In this document: in pieces, positions 28,179 through 43,090 of the stretch
How positions within the stretch are numbered: position 1 is the first letter of the stretch
How the letters are laid out: every line of letters begins with the position of its first letter
DNA from: Camelus ferus
Taxonomy: Eukaryota
Assembly (NCBI RefSeq): GCF_009834535.1
Contig: NC_045696.1
Span: 90,398,001 to 90,462,000, forward strand
Direction: 5' to 3'
Length of the DNA stretch: 64,000 nucleotides
The notes under the pieces: generated by a model
Told to the model about the DNA's origin: nothing
Seen by the model: only the letters and a program-made list of their open reading frames with translations
Database searches by the model: none
Position numbers and translations under genes: made by a program

Positions 28179-29666
28179 CTAAATAAATAACACAAAATGA
28201 TACTTGCAAGTAGTACAAATCAGGACATAGTAACTAAAAAGTAACTGCACAATAAATACAGTGTACAAAACAAACATGACAGAATCTAACCATGAATTCT
28301 ACAAAGGAGAAATTAGCTAGAATCAATGCAACACCAACAATCAACCAGGGTAAGATATACCTTAAAAAGAGCCTTTATTAAAAACACATCTCAATTGACA
28401 AGATTTTACCTTAAATGGAAACTAAGAGCTATGGCATATTTACTTAAAGGATCCGCAGTACTGACAGAACACAGAGCCTCACGTTTCTAAAGTTATTTCT
28501 ATAGAATTAAAAAGTATGTAGTACCATATGTGCTGCCACAGTCCAACAATGAGATGTGTATGACAAAGGCATACAAGGAAAACCAGTAAAGGAAGTTTTG
28601 AAAACAAAGGCAGGAGAATGGAGCCCACTGTACTTAAAATAATCTTAATTTCTCACAGATGCAAGCAGTTAAGAAACCACAGGAAATCTAAGAACAAAGC
28701 ACTGGTGCCTCTAAGTTTCCTGGCCTTTGTCTTTTTATTGACAGTTCATTCATAACAGCTGTGGCTGTGAATAAGCAAGTGTGTGTGGCTTGTTTTCATG
28801 GGCACACAGCGGTACAGACCTCTTAGCGTCTGGCCCATGAAAGAGCTGTGACAATCACTAATCCCACTAGCCTGCCCCCTGCTGCCTATCTCAAAAACAG
28901 CAATGATGTTCGATTTTGGGAGACTGTCTACTCATTTTCTAGGAGATACAAAAGTTATGGCCACCCAAAATTTCTGAATGTCATAAGATTTTGCTTAGAT
29001 TAATAAATTTCTCCAGGAGCATAGCACTGAATTGGAAAAGGGTGCAAGAAGGAGACAACCCTCACATACTTGGTATTCCTGCCAAGGCCTAACCTAACGA
29101 GCCACAAAGGTGAGGACGGATTCAAAGCCAATTCAAGAATTCAAGCGATAAGCCAAAGTTTATTTCCCAGACCAGACCTGGAGAGGTTTTAAATCTTCAG
29201 ATGGATTCTAGCACCAATATGGCCTTTCCATGAATACAAAGTTCTAGGGTTAAACAGAGCCTTCACACCCTTCACTTTTCAGGAAGCAAACCTATTGAAC
29301 AATGTGGGAAGCTATATGTGAATTTATTCCACTGCCCTAAAAACCTATTATACACTTTATAATGACAGCCCTTAGGGAAAGTGCTGAATCTTGTGTTCTG
29401 AATCTCAGGGAAACAATAATCTCCTGTCCTTAACACTGGCCGCTGAGGAAATACAGCTAACTCATAAATGGTGATATAAAACGCATTCTTAACCTGTGCT
29501 AATTTAGCCCATACCAAAGTGCTACCTCAGAACTGCAGCACATCTAATTAAAAAAAAAGGGAAGAAGCTAGGAAAACATGTTCAACTGGAAGCGACTTTC
29601 TTGTGAGGCTCAAGATATCAAGAAGGCAGACCTACTTTAGGTGTGTCACAGAAATTTCTGATCTCA

Positions 29667-29825
<159 letters not shown>

Positions 29826-30149
29826 CTAGAAGTCAAAATTGGGTAAGGGCAGAAAGAATGAAAAAGAAACACAGGAATCAAAATTAAGAGGAAAACTTCA
29901 CAATTACCTCCAAATATTCCCCATCAGTTTTAGTAGTACAACTTATATACTTGTTTCAGTTTATTATCATAAACTACTTTAATACTAGTTTTGAATTCAG
30001 TAAGTTCAATGGTTGCTGTTTTTGGCATCACAATCCAAGATACTACTTCTGTTTCCTCGGAAATAAAAGTTATTAGAAAGTTTTAAATTATTTATATAAG
30101 TTATTTCATAAGTTCAGTTTAATACAATAAGACATAAAAATAAGGTATA

Positions 30150-31355
30150 ACTATTAGAAAGACAACAAAAATATCATTAGAAATGCTAAGACCATATACT
30201 ACATGTAAAAAAGACTGATAATCACCTGGAAAACTATACAAGAGCTCTGCAAAAATGACTGAATATAAATGAATAATCAAGGATCATTTCCTCGTGAATA
30301 TAACAGTAGCCTATTAGATATGTATTTAAAAGTTGCCAATTCTTCCCACTTTAATTTATAGGTTTAACACAACAGCACTCAAAATCTCAAGAGTAATTTT
30401 TTAAAAATTTGGTTAGTAATTTTAAAACTCATTTAGAAGAACAGATAAAAATAGAAATTTCTGAAAAACTATGGCAATGAAAAGAAAATAACTCTGACTG
30501 ATATAAAAACATATTAAATACTCCAAGGCATAAAATGCATAAACTAGCACAAATTAAACTGAACAGCCCGTAGAGTACAGTATAAGTATCTAAAATGTTT
30601 AATCAATTTGTCAATGGATGATAAAGGAGACATGACAATCAATGGAAAAAGATAACATTGTTCAAAAACTGTTAACTGGACAATTGGTCTTCTATTTGGA
30701 GGCAGAGGAGATACATTCAGATACCACCTTATAGCCTTCAGCAAAACAAATTCCAGTTGGGTTAATAATGGAAAAGAAAAACAGAAAAAAGGAGAAGAAA
30801 CAAAAGTATTTATAAAAGATACTCAAAGAGGAAGATTTATAAGGTTAAAAATGAGAAAATGACTAAAGACAAAGACTGATATATCTGACTATATAAATTT
30901 TAAACTAATTGTTTTTCAAAAAATTTTATTAGAGAAAGCTCATACAAACAAGTAAGTAAAACACTGACTCTAATTTTAAAAAAGGAAAGACAAAAGAAAT
31001 AGATAATTACAAAAGAAGAAATACAACTGCATAATAAATATATGGAAAAATGTTCTTTCATTAGGAATTAAGTCAAGATGATATATTAAAATACCACTTT
31101 CATTTGTGAAATCAGTAATGATTTTTAATACTCAATGCTGATAGATTCACTGAAATAATAATCTAAATATGTACATGAATTCTGAGAGTATAAAAGCAAT
31201 CTGGCAATATAAATCATTAAGTATTAAAGTATTCCATACCTTTTACTCAATAACTGCTATTCTGAGGAACCGAAGAAAATATTCCTAAATACATTATTCT
31301 TAAAAGCTTTAAGCATAAAAATTGTCACTGCAATGTTATTTCTACTTTTTAATTT
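30150..31355 (+). mobile_element. Highly decayed old L1 ORF2 remnant
   Basis: A-rich L1-like motifs, e.g. aatggaaaaagataacattgttcaaaaactgttaactggacaattgg; ends approximate. Confidence 0.55.
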
Positions 31356-31371
31356 AAAATTACTTTTTCTG

Positions 31372-32179
31372 GAATTGAACAGACATTTTTCCAAAGAGGA
31401 AATGCAGATGTGAAAAGATTTTCAACATCACTAATTATCAGGGAAATGCAAATCAAAACCACAATGAAGTATCACCTCACACCAGTCTGGCTATCATTAA
31501 AAAGAACACAAATAATAAATGCTGGTGAGGGTGTGGAGAAAAGAACTCTCGTACACTATTGGTAGGAATGTAAATTGGTGCAGCCACTGTGGAAAACAGT
31601 ATGGAGCTTTCTCAAAAACTAAAAATAGAGTCACCATATGACCCAGCAATTCTACTTCTGGGTACATATCCAAAAAAGCCCCAAAACTCTAATTTAAAAG
31701 GATACATGCACCTAATGTTCATAGCAGCACTATTTACAATCACCAAGATATGGAAGCAACTTATGTGTCCAAAAACAGATGAATGGATAAAGAAGACGTG
31801 ATGTACACACACAGAGGAATATTTTTCAGCCATAAAAAATGAAATTTTGCCACTTGCAACAACATGGATGGACTTGGAGGGCATTATGCTAAGTGAAACA
31901 AGTGAGACAAAGAAAGAAAAATACTGTATGATACCACTTACCTGTGGAATCAAAAAATATAACAACAAACTAGTGAATAAAACAAAAAAGAAGCAGACTG
32001 ACAGATATAAAGAACAAACTAGTGGTTACCACTGGAGAGACAGAAGTAGGGGAGGGGCAATATAGGGGTAGAGGGAAAAAAATGGTTATTATGGGATTAT
32101 ATGAAATTATGTGTGTGAAACTTTTGAAAATTGTAAAGCACTACAGAAATTAAAGAATTTTTTATTTAATAAAAGAAAT
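31372..32179 (+). mobile_element. Younger 5'-truncated L1 (ORF2 3' end, 3'UTR, A tail) with 16-bp TSD
   Basis: L1 ORF2 C-terminal peptides in ORF track (31589-32065); TSD aaaattactttttctg at 31356-31371 and 32180-32195. Confidence 0.92.
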
Positions 32180-32379
32180 AAAATTACTTTTTCTGATTTT
32201 AGAGTAATATTATAAAAACTTAAAAATAAAAAGTACAGAAACTCCCCACCCCCAATTATAATTCCATTCCAAAAATAACCAGCCTTTAAAACCTCCAACT
32301 TACCCATCTTTTTTCCACTTAAAGTATTATGAACAGAAGCAAAAACACCACAATAAAAAGCACAGCCAGTCTCTAAATC

Positions 32380-32845
32380 TTGGTTTCTAATGCCATTCAC
32401 TTTAAAAGGGACGAGGGCTCCTAAAGAGACAGCTGTCTCTAGGGCTGGAGCAGGGAATATACAAGATAAGCCAGGAGCATCCTGTAGTGCCAGGAAGTAA
32501 GGAAGTATTAAAAAAAAAAAAAAAAAAAGCAAAATACCAGGGAATGTCAAATGGACGCAGAGGCCAACTGAAAGAGCTCCAGTGGCCAAATCTGGCCAAT
32601 CTGGTAACAAAATAAGTAACTACTACTGGATTGTAACTCAAAAGTACAAAATAAATATCCTGGAGTCCATACTGATAAAAAAAGAATCTGAAACAACTCA
32701 TATGTAGATACTGCGCCCTCAAGGAGCAAGAGCATTATCCCCACCCCTTGATGTAGGCTATGCATAGTAACCTCCTCCTAAAGACTCAGTATGGAAAAGA
32801 GGGGGGAGGGATGGGGAAGAGTAATTTTACAGTGGAGAAATCTAT
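32380..32845 (+). mobile_element. Old L1 (L1MC/MD-like) 3' region fragment
   Basis: gaggccaactgaaagagctccagtggccaaa...aactcaaaagtacaaaataaatatcc...ttacagtggagaaa motifs. Confidence 0.6.
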
Positions 32846-32946
32846 AACCAAATTTTTCCTATGAATCACTGTGTAATAGGAATAAAAGCTTAAGAGAAAA
32901 GAGTATTTCTACATATAGCAGTTAAATACAATAGAAAGCAACTTAC

Positions 32947-33031
32947 CTCCAGTTTAAAAGCCAGGCCTACAAATGGGTGGGAATTGTCTCTTTCGGAGTT
33001 CATTAAGATTTTGGTTTTCTCTTGTGAGTCA
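32947..33031 (-). CDS. GFM1: GFM1 exon 8
   Basis: 85 nt; (D)[28 protein letters not shown]|gtaagt. Confidence 0.96.
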
Positions 33032-33581
33032 CTTAAAACAAAAGAAATATACATCTATGAGATGTAATATTTGATATTTCTTTTATATCAGTTTTTTCAT
33101 CAGAGTTTACCTGAGAAAAAGCACATGTGTACTAAACATTTCTGAGCTTACACATAAATGAAAGTTCACTGAAAGAGAGCAATAAAAATTACTTGTCTGG
33201 CCTTAGTTATTATACTTTGATAGGTGCAGAGTAGAATGAAAAACACAGAAATGGTCTGCTAGAAAAAGAAAACGAGAGAGCTTAAAAATTTTTGTTTTAA
33301 AGCTCTTTTTTTAATATGACTGGTCCCAAATGAGAAAATTTTCTAATAATACAAATCTTGATAGATAATGGAACAAATCATATTTCTAATTTACAAATAG
33401 AACATGATATGGGAAGGTGTAATAAGTATTTTTCTCTATGCCAAAATTGTTAACCAAATAGAAATGGAGGTTGGTTTTTGTAAATTAAGAAAAAAACAAA
33501 AACCCACAAGTACAGCAAAACTACAAGAACAATTCTTAAATTCTTCTACAGTGCATAAACTAAGAATATTTCCAAGACTTA

Positions 33582-33737
<156 letters not shown>

Positions 33738-33996
33738 CTACACAAGGAAAAATATTTAATGATTAGTTTATCTTAGAATTGTATTTGGTGTTTCAGATCA
33801 ATTAAAAACTAACAAATGAATGAAATGAATTGATACTCTTTGGAGTACTGGCTCCAGTGGAGACTAGAATCAGGTCCTCTATAAATTAAGGTCAAAATTT
33901 AAAAAAAAAAAAAAGCTATTTAACTGTGCAATTGCTTTTAACATTCCTGGAATGTCACTAACTTTAAATCTGCCCCCCCCCCCAAATATATATATA

Positions 33997-33998
<2 letters not shown>

Positions 33999-34040
<42 letters not shown>
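33999..34040. repeat. (CA)21 microsatellite
   Basis: Perfect CA dinucleotide run preceded by a C-run and TA repeat. Confidence 0.97.
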
Positions 34041-34044
<4 letters not shown>

Positions 34045-35049
34045 ATAGACACACACACAGAACCATATAAACAGTATGCTAACAATTGTGTAAAACAGAG
34101 GGAAAAGCAATATATATACCAAAACAAACAAACAAACAAACAAAAAAACCATACATCAGAAACTATTAATTGGCAATCTGTTTTAGGGACGGGGCAGAGA
34201 ACTAGGCAGATGGGAGCCAGGTGGGAGACTTTTTACTGTGTTTTTAATTTAGTTTTTAAATGTTTAAACCATATAAAGTATCATCTTTTAAAAAACATTT
34301 AATTAATTGATTTGTTTTCTTTCTTTTTTTTTTTTAAGACTGTACATACAGGAAACCAAACAGTACGAAACTATCCATTATTTAAGCGCCATGACAGTAA
34401 CAGGCTCTAAAATAATGACCTCTGGGTCTTGTCCTCAACCCATCGTGCGTGTCCCACTCTCGCTCCTCAGGGGCTACTGGCAAAAGCAGGCCTCCGAGCC
34501 AGCAGTGCAGTTTTAGCTCTAGCAGCTGGCAGAGGCCAACAGCTGTGCTGTGGCCACAACACCCCCACCACAGAAATACAGAGCAGCATGCAATTACTTC
34601 TCAGTCCTCAGGAAAAAGCAGAAAACGAGTTATCCCCAAAAAGCTTAAATCAAAACATTCATAACCACAATTGCTAAACATCACAATGAAAAGCAGGGTA
34701 ACAGCTGAGCACAATAAAAGGAATATAAAAAAGGAAAAATAAGCATGGCAAGAAAGCAATTATTATTTGAAACTATCTTAAAAACTTGCTTTTGTTGTTG
34801 CTAAGAATCAGTAATGGCCAGGTCATTGACCACTGAGGCTACCCTAGACCACAAGGTCCATCTTTGACTTTACAACCCTCTCTTATGTGTAAAAGTAGGG
34901 ACATAGGAATCTTACCACAGTGTATTTCCCTGAAATTTCTCCTTATTTTTATCAGAATCATATTTATACTTGAAAATTGTTGCCTTTCTACTGTCCCTAA
35001 TACTATATATCCAACAACAATACAGAAACTAAACTACACCTATGTATCC

Positions 35050-35593
35050 TGTGCAAAAAACAGTAAACATAGCAGGACTGAAACCACCTCCTTAGAAAGG
35101 CTTGCCTGCAAGGCTGGTCCCTGGCTGGAATCTGGAGCCTTGGATTTCAGAGGGTTCCCAGCATTCCCAGAACTGGTAAGACTAGCTCATTGTGCCTATG
35201 CTGTTTGTACAAAAAATATGTTATGTGCTTAACACCTGCTTTCCTTCTGGGAGTCTGGAATTTGGTACATGCAGAGGGTGTCTATGTAACCAGCCCCCAA
35301 TAAAACCTTGGGTACTGAGTTTCTAATGAGCTTCCCTGGTAGACAACATTTCACAGGTGTAGTCATAACTTGTTGCTGGAGGAAACAGGCATGCCCTATG
35401 AGGAAACAGACGCCACTGGGAGATGCCGCCTGGAAGCTTACACTTGGCTTCTTCTGAACTTCACCTCACATGCCTCTTTCCTTTGCTGATTTTGCTTTGT
35501 ATCCTTTCACTAGAATGAATCATAGCCACGAGTACAATTATGTCCTAAGTCCTTACTCATAGTGAATCACAGGTCTTGGGGACCCCTGACACA
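35050..35593 (+). mobile_element. Solo LTR, MER68-like (ERVL)
   Basis: TG...CA ends (tgtgcaaaaaacagtaaacatagcagg ... ggggacccctgacaca); internal motifs match recalled MER68 consensus. Confidence 0.85.
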
Positions 35594-35894
35594 TTCCCTT
35601 TAATAGATCAAAGCCTAACTCCCTATTGTGGTTTCCAGGATATAATCTTGACTTTAAGGTCAGACCTATACCTTCCTACATGGTGTTCCTTACTCATCAG
35701 AGAGCTGAGAAGATAAGGCCTTTATGAATGGTAAAGGACTCTCATATATTAGTAAGCATCTCAGCTTCAATAGGGTTCTTTCCTTGTGCATCTGATTTAT
35801 AAACTCCTTGAGTACAATGTCTTACAAACAATAATTACTTATCTGATCTCTGCTAAGTGCATCAAGTGGTTTGGCAAAATAAGTATCAGTCTTA

Positions 35895-36726
35895 TTTTAT
35901 TATAAAATATACATAACAAAATTGACCATTTTTAAGTGTACAGTTCAGTGGCATTAAGTACGTTCACATTGCTGTTACCACTATCCATGTCCAGAACTTT
36001 TCATCAACCTAAACTGAAACTCTGTGCTGATTAAACTCCCTATTCTGCCTTCCCCCAGCCCCTGGTAACCCCTATTTCACTTTTCTGCCTCTAGGAATTT
36101 GACTGTTCTGGGTATCTCATATAAGTGGAATCCTACAATATTTGTCCTTTTACGTGTGGCTTATTTCACTTAACATAATGTCCTCAAGGCTCATCTATGT
36201 TGTAGCACGTATCAATCTGATTCCTTTTTAGGGCTGAATAATACTCCATTGTATGAATATACCAAATTTGTTTATCCATTCTTCCACTGATAGACACTGG
36301 GTTGTTTCCATCTTTTGGCCACTGTGAATCGTGCTACCATCAACACTGGTATACAAATATCTGTTTGAGTCTCTGCTTTCATTTCTTTTGAGTCTCTGCT
36401 TTCATTTCTTTTGGGTATACAGAAGTGGAATTGCTGGATCATATAGTAGTTCTATATTTAACATTTTTGAGAAACCACCATACTGTTTTCCACAGCAGAT
36501 GGAAACCACATCATTTTACACTCCCACCAGCAATGCACAAGAGTTCCAAGTTCTCCACATCCACATCAACACCTGTTGTTTGTTTTTCGAATAACTGCCA
36601 TCCTAATGAATAAAGTGCTATCTCATTGTAGTTTTGTTTTCCCTAATGGTTAGCAATGTTGAGCACCTTTTCATGTGTTCACTGGCCATTTGCTATCTCT
36701 ATGGAGAAATATCTATTCAAAAAGTG
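35895..36726 (-). mobile_element. 5'-truncated L1 (L1MA/MB-like) with 13-bp TSD
   Basis: L1 3'UTR motifs; TSD agtatcagtctta at 35882-35894 and 36727-36739. Confidence 0.88.
36367..36412. repeat. 23-bp perfect tandem duplication inside L1
   Basis: gagtctctgctttcatttctttt x2. Confidence 0.9.
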
Positions 36727-37149
36727 AGTATCAGTCTTAGGCAAGGCTCTTTATTTTTAAAGAGTTGAACAATCAACTGAAGGAATCCACATGGCCTTCC
36801 AAACAGCACAATAGTGCAAGGACCAACATTTAGTCTGCAAATATTTAACTGCTTTGCCTCTAAAGCTGTCTTATTGCTGTAACATTGCTAGTTTGTCTTC
36901 TTTCTTCTTAACAAGGATATGCCCAAGAGGTAGGCAGTTTAAGTATCTTTTTGTCTAGAAAAAACTTTGACTTTTCCCATTGCAAGATATTATTACATAA
37001 CTCACTACTTTAAAAAAATGCCATGTCAAGTATTTTTTGAAGAAACCAATTATAGTCAATAAAATTACTCAGATTTCATTAATAAAACTCTGCATAAAAG
37101 CATCATGTCCCCTCCCTGTAAAACAAAAGAAAACAAAAAACCTTTTTCA

Positions 37150-37350
<201 letters not shown>

Positions 37351-37584
37351 TTATTTTAGTACTTTAAGAATATTCAATTAAACATATAAACCACCAATGA
37401 AAAAAATAAGAGTTCTGATATATTTGTATTAAAATGGCAAATAAAACTAATGTACATTTTCAAAATTCAGATGGAACAATGGGCAAAATACTATAAACAG
37501 GCAAAGCAAATTGCTCAAGGTTATACTATTAGTAAATGGATAGGCCAAGATTCAAAGCCTGTCTGACTCCAAAGCCCATGAGTA

Positions 37585-38425
37585 CAGTTGACCCTTGAAC
37601 AACAAAAGTTTGAATTGTGTGGGTCCACTTATATGTGGATTTTTTCAATAATATGCAAAATATGTGTGTAGAACATTGTGTGCAAGACTGGCATTGAAGT
37701 GGATAGCCTAGCCTTACATAGGCATAAGGTGAGTGATATTTAATATAAAATTAATAATGTGTTCATTTTCTTACTGTTTTATAACTTTGCTTTCAAAGAA
37801 TTACATTACTGTACAGAATGCCCTTCTCTTTCTCATAACTGGAGAAACTGTATCATCATAGGTAAGAAAAAATTTAAAATGTAACAATGTTTCTAATACT
37901 GTATTATGAATATGATTGTAATATCATATGCAATAAAAATTTTATGATTCATTAATTAGCTTATAGTCTAGGCTACTGTGAATCAATCATATCAATTACC
38001 ACAGGCTACCATAAAGCAATCATAATGCTACTTCTTATCAATGCATGAATCATTATACCTGTAATTAAATATCAATTTCTTCTCATATTGCCTTTTCATT
38101 TGTGATACCTAGTGTTAGCAATACACATAACATCTACAGTGCTTTCTATCATAAGAAACTCACTGTATTGATAAATATATACAGTACTGCAAACGTATTT
38201 TCTATTTGTTACGATCTTAACAACATTTTCTTTTCTCTAGCTTACTTTACTAAGAATACAGTATACAATACATATAACGTACAAAATATGTTGTCAGTTG
38301 ACTGCTTCTTATTAGTAAGGCTTCCGGTCAGCTGCAGGCTATTAGTAAAGTTCTGGGGGAATCAAAAGTTATACTCAGTTTTCAACTGATAGCCTCTAAT
38401 CCCTACATTGTTCAACGGTCAACTG
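37585..38425. mobile_element. Tigger2-family non-autonomous DNA transposon
   Basis: TIRs cagttgacccttgaacaa / ttgttcaacggtcaactg; TA at left junction. Confidence 0.88.
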
Positions 38426-39348
38426 TGCTTGAAAATTCTATTAACTAAATTAATCACAACATCACAGTCTCTAACAAGCAGATTAGAGACCTAACTATTC
38501 CTTTCCATTAACAACAAACCCAATCATATAATTTTTAACACAGAAAACACCATTTTATAGTTCAAAAAAAAGGTTATTAAATATGATACTCTTCAACCTT
38601 GACCTCAGTTCTCCATTCCTCTAAGGGCCAGATGGGTAAGAGTCACAAATACAATATAGACAACCAAGAAATGGACATAATTGATATTTAGAAACATCAG
38701 TCTGAAAGTTTTCAAAGTATTTCTTTAAAAATGGAATCTAAAGTCAAAAAATAACAAGATTTTCAGAAAACACATTCCTAAAAAAATAAAAGGAAAAGAA
38801 GGCAACTGCAAATAGACAATAATTCTTATTACCCTAAAGAATGCTCTTCAAAGCCTTCAGAGCTTAACTTCTTCCTTTCTGACAAAGCTTCCTGGTTCCT
38901 AGCCTTTCATGTCAGAATCTTCTGTGGAATCAAGATATACATACCCAGTGGCTTAGTGCTGGGAAAGGGGGCAAGTACAGTAAAACGTTCCATCTGTGAT
39001 TCTGATATACAACAAAGTTTAAAAGCCTCTACTTTAGAAGACAAAAACACATGCCCTGATAATTCTAGGGAAGTGGATTTACTCATACACTTACGAATAT
39101 CTTTTGAGTCCTTATTTTTTATCACACAGTTCTAGGGCTGGGGACATAGCAACAAATAAACCTGATAAAAACCCCTGTCCCTTACATTCTAAGGAATGAT
39201 AGATAAGCTGTGTTGTCACTTGCTTAGCTGTCACACAAAAAGTGACAGAAAGCCTTGTCCACTGAACCTGCTCGATCTTTCCCCAGCCTACAAGACGGCT
39301 GATAAGGATACTTCCCACAGGTAACCGATCACAATGTCCTTTGCCCAC

Positions 39349-39404
39349 GTGCCAGACAGCAGTCCTAGTTCCACAGCAGGGGAGGGAAACCCCTCAAGAA
39401 GGAC
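39349..39404 (-). other. GFM1: Cryptic exon in GFM1 intron 5 (counterpart of recalled human 57-nt alternative exon), contains in-frame TAG
   Basis: ccaaag|G TCC TTC TTG AGG GGT TTC CCT CCC CTG CTG TGG AAC TAG...GCAC|gtgggc; SFLRGFPPLLWN* resembles recalled human insert HFLRDFLPLLWNWDRRSGS. Confidence 0.7.
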
Positions 39405-39477
39405 CTTTGGACAAACTGCCAGGCTACTGGGGCCACTCTCAGAAGAAAGGTTCATTATGAGCTCCTCACTCTCTAGA

Positions 39478-39665
39478 CTAGTGCCACTCAAACTGTGGTC
39501 TGCAGACCTGAAACATAGCATGACTTGGGAGCATTCCAGAAACGCAAATTCCAGGCCACACCCTAGAGCTACTGAATTAGAATCTCTGAAGGTGGATCCA
39601 AGAATAAGTGTTTTAACAACCTCTCCAGGTGACTGTTCTGAATGCCATGGTTTGATAACCACTGG
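39478..39665. mobile_element. MER5A hAT-Charlie element
   Basis: agaaacgcaaattccaggccacaccctagagctactgaattagaatctctg...ttttaacaacctctccaggtga...tttgataaccactg. Confidence 0.8.
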
Positions 39666-40228
39666 GCAATTACAAAGCTTTGAATGCAAATGTCTCTCAA
39701 AAGTTGACTGACCGACCAAATACCATGACAAAAGTTACCAACTTGCTTCTTGTATTGGCCAAACCACATCTGTACAATTTTAAACTTCTTTTATATGTTA
39801 ATCTTTTTATCTTTGTAACCCCTTAAGTAGGTAGAGGAAATATTTATGATCCCTATTTTCTTCCCAGGTTTTAAGACAATGCCCATAGTAAATGCTCCAG
39901 AAAGTCTACAAAATGAATGAAAGAATGTATAAAGAACAAATAGATAAAGAGATATTACATCACTAGCCCAAAGCCTCCTTACACCACACGATGTATGTTA
40001 TAATGTGATATAAATGTATTACTCAAAGAATAACATACTCTCTCGGAAGGAATACTAAGCAAAATGGGAAAGTAACCAGGACTAAAAGCATTAAAACAAA
40101 ATCATTTCAACGGATATTCTTCCAGACATATTTCAAAAAGTTTATTCTGTTTTAAAGAACTCATTCTTTTCCTTCTCTTTGATACTTTTTAAAATATAAA
40201 ATTTTAATAGTGTATTTTTAACACTTAC

Positions 40229-40345
40229 CCAAAGTCTCCATCAAAGTAGATAGCTCGTTCCTCGATAAGATCTATAATACCTTTAAAATCACCCTCCAAA
40301 CCAATGGGTAACTGCACAAATGCTGCATTATGACTTAGTTTAGAC
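40229..40345 (-). CDS. GFM1: GFM1 exon 5
   Basis: 117 nt; (R)[40 protein letters not shown]|gtaagt. Confidence 0.96.
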
Positions 40346-40899
40346 CTGAAAAATAAAAATACGTATGTTTACCCCTTTTTTCTCCCCAAATCCCTTTGAA
40401 ATGACAAAATAAATATAAAAAGAAATCAACGGCAGACCTGTGGAATTTATCAGTAGGTGAGAGCAGGAGATATAAAGCAGTTAGAAACAGACTGACAGCT
40501 AAACTCATTGTGCTCAGGAAGCCACAACCTGATGTAGGCAACAAAAAGAATTCTACAATAACTATTTTCCCATCAGATCCCCAGAATATCCTGGATCAGA
40601 AACAGAAAGGGGAAGAACAGGTCATTGAGTGGTTGGCCAGGAAATTAAAGGATGGTGTGGTAACTATGCCCACATCTCATTCTTGGCTCAGCTGACTCTG
40701 CTGAAGCTGAGGACAGCTATGTGAAAAGGAAGTTCTTAGAGGGAAAACTCTCAGAGTGGGTATTAAAGCCAGACACTTATCGTCAACCTGCACCCCTGCT
40801 CTGGCAGAACCACTGAAGAGAAACTACACTCACCAACAGGGGTTCTCATCCAAGAAAAAATATGGTCTAGCTACCACAGTTTAGTCTAGATTCCAAGTG

Positions 40900-41540
40900 C
40901 CCATCTATAACTAGGGATAGGTAACTAAGAATCACCAAATTTTGAAGGAAATCAATAGCTTGAAAGACAGTGAGCTCAAGAAATAGTACTAACCTCCAAG
41001 GAGAGAGTTACTAGAAAAAAATAAAATGTAAAAATCTGAGAAGTACTCACCTCTTTTAATAAAGATGTCACAATAAAAGGGAAAGTTTATGGAAATTAAC
41101 TATATAATTGCTGGGATTAGAAAAGAATAAAAAACAGGCTAAATAACAGAAGGGATGTAGATGAATATCAGATTAGTGAGTTAGAAGACTGAGCTCAAGA
41201 ATTCTCTCATAATCCAGCGCAAAATGAGAAGGAACGAGAAAGTGTAAGAAAGTACTGTAGAAAAGTTAAGACATGAGGCTAGATTCAGAGGTTTCAAAGT
41301 GTGTTTAATCAGAGTTACAAAATGAGAAAACAAATAAAAGGCAGTGGAGCAAAGAAAGTAGTCAAATAAATGCGGAAAGATAATTTTCCTGCAATTCAGA
41401 AAAAGACTCGGTGGAAAGAACCCGTCTATTGCCAAACACAAGTAAAACAGAATAAGGCTAAAAGTGAAAATGTTTCCTTCTACCAAGAAAGTACTACAAA
41501 CACCAATAAAGGAAAAGTTCACTCTCAAATTCTCAAATAC
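40900..41540 (+). mobile_element. Decayed L1 ORF1/HAL1-like remnant
   Basis: A/G-rich ORF1-like sequence with ataattttcctgcaattcagaaaaagac motif; low similarity, ends approximate. Confidence 0.4.
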
Positions 41541-42300
41541 GTTAGTTCCATCAGAGAGCACACAGCAATACTGTCACTTGAAGTTCCTCAACACTGTATC
41601 ATTTGTCATCAGACAAATCACTTAGTGTCTCCACTACCACAAGCATTGCTGCCTACAACCATCAGCTCTGCCATGTAAAACTGCAGTGGGAACTCCACAG
41701 CTCCATTTACACATCTACCAGAAAGGTGAAAAGTGCAAACTGTGACACTTTTCAAAGGCTGTGTGAAATACGTAGTATTGTGCAAAATGTAAAATGATAT
41801 CAATACCACTTACTGGGTTACGTCCGGTTCAGAAAGGAAGTGTTGCTGATGTCTTAGCAAATATGTTACCAAGTGAAAGCAAGAGAATACAGCCCACTAC
41901 TTTAAGGCATTAATTAAAATTCCTCAAATAAAGGTTAAAATTGAAGAAGATCCTCGAGGTTTATCTAAATAAATGCAAAGTACTTTTAGAACCTACCCTA
42001 GACTACAACTTCTCTAATTATAGCAAAACACTATAAATTGCCAGATTGTTTGCTGAATTCACCTTCAACTTTCCTAAAATTTAAGTCATATTTCCCCCAT
42101 TTTACAGAGAAAAGCAGTTGATGAAATCACATTACAAACTGAACTATGGACCTCAGTGTCTTATTTACAAAGTTAGTCATAAAAATGAATTTTAAAAAGG
42201 AAAAGAAAATTTAAGGATAAAGCTTAATGACACTGAATTAACTGTCCTTCTGGATGTAAGTTGTTATCCAGATCATGACCTGCCTCTGTTCTAAGGTTCA

Positions 42301-42615
<315 letters not shown>

Positions 42616-42796
42616 TTAGAATGTGAATTCCTTAAACCACCAATACCGTTCACTTACCACAAGGTCCAGGCGCCCAACCAAATCAGTTCAAAAAGATACT
42701 AGGCCATGGGCATCTCTGGAATCAGCTGCAACATGTAAAAGGCAAGAACTTTCCTACCCACAATTTATTTGCACTATTTTCCAAAGAACCCACTTA

Positions 42797-43090
<294 letters not shown>

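Noticed and set aside
31589..32065. ORFs with L1 ORF2-like peptides
   Set aside because: Fragments of a truncated L1, not host genes
33879..34302. ORFs with CV or HT repeats
   Set aside because: Translation of the (CA)n microsatellite
34400..34560. Paired CAGCTG E-boxes and an AT-rich MEF2-like motif suggesting a muscle enhancer
   Set aside because: MEF2 match is imperfect and such short motifs are common by chance
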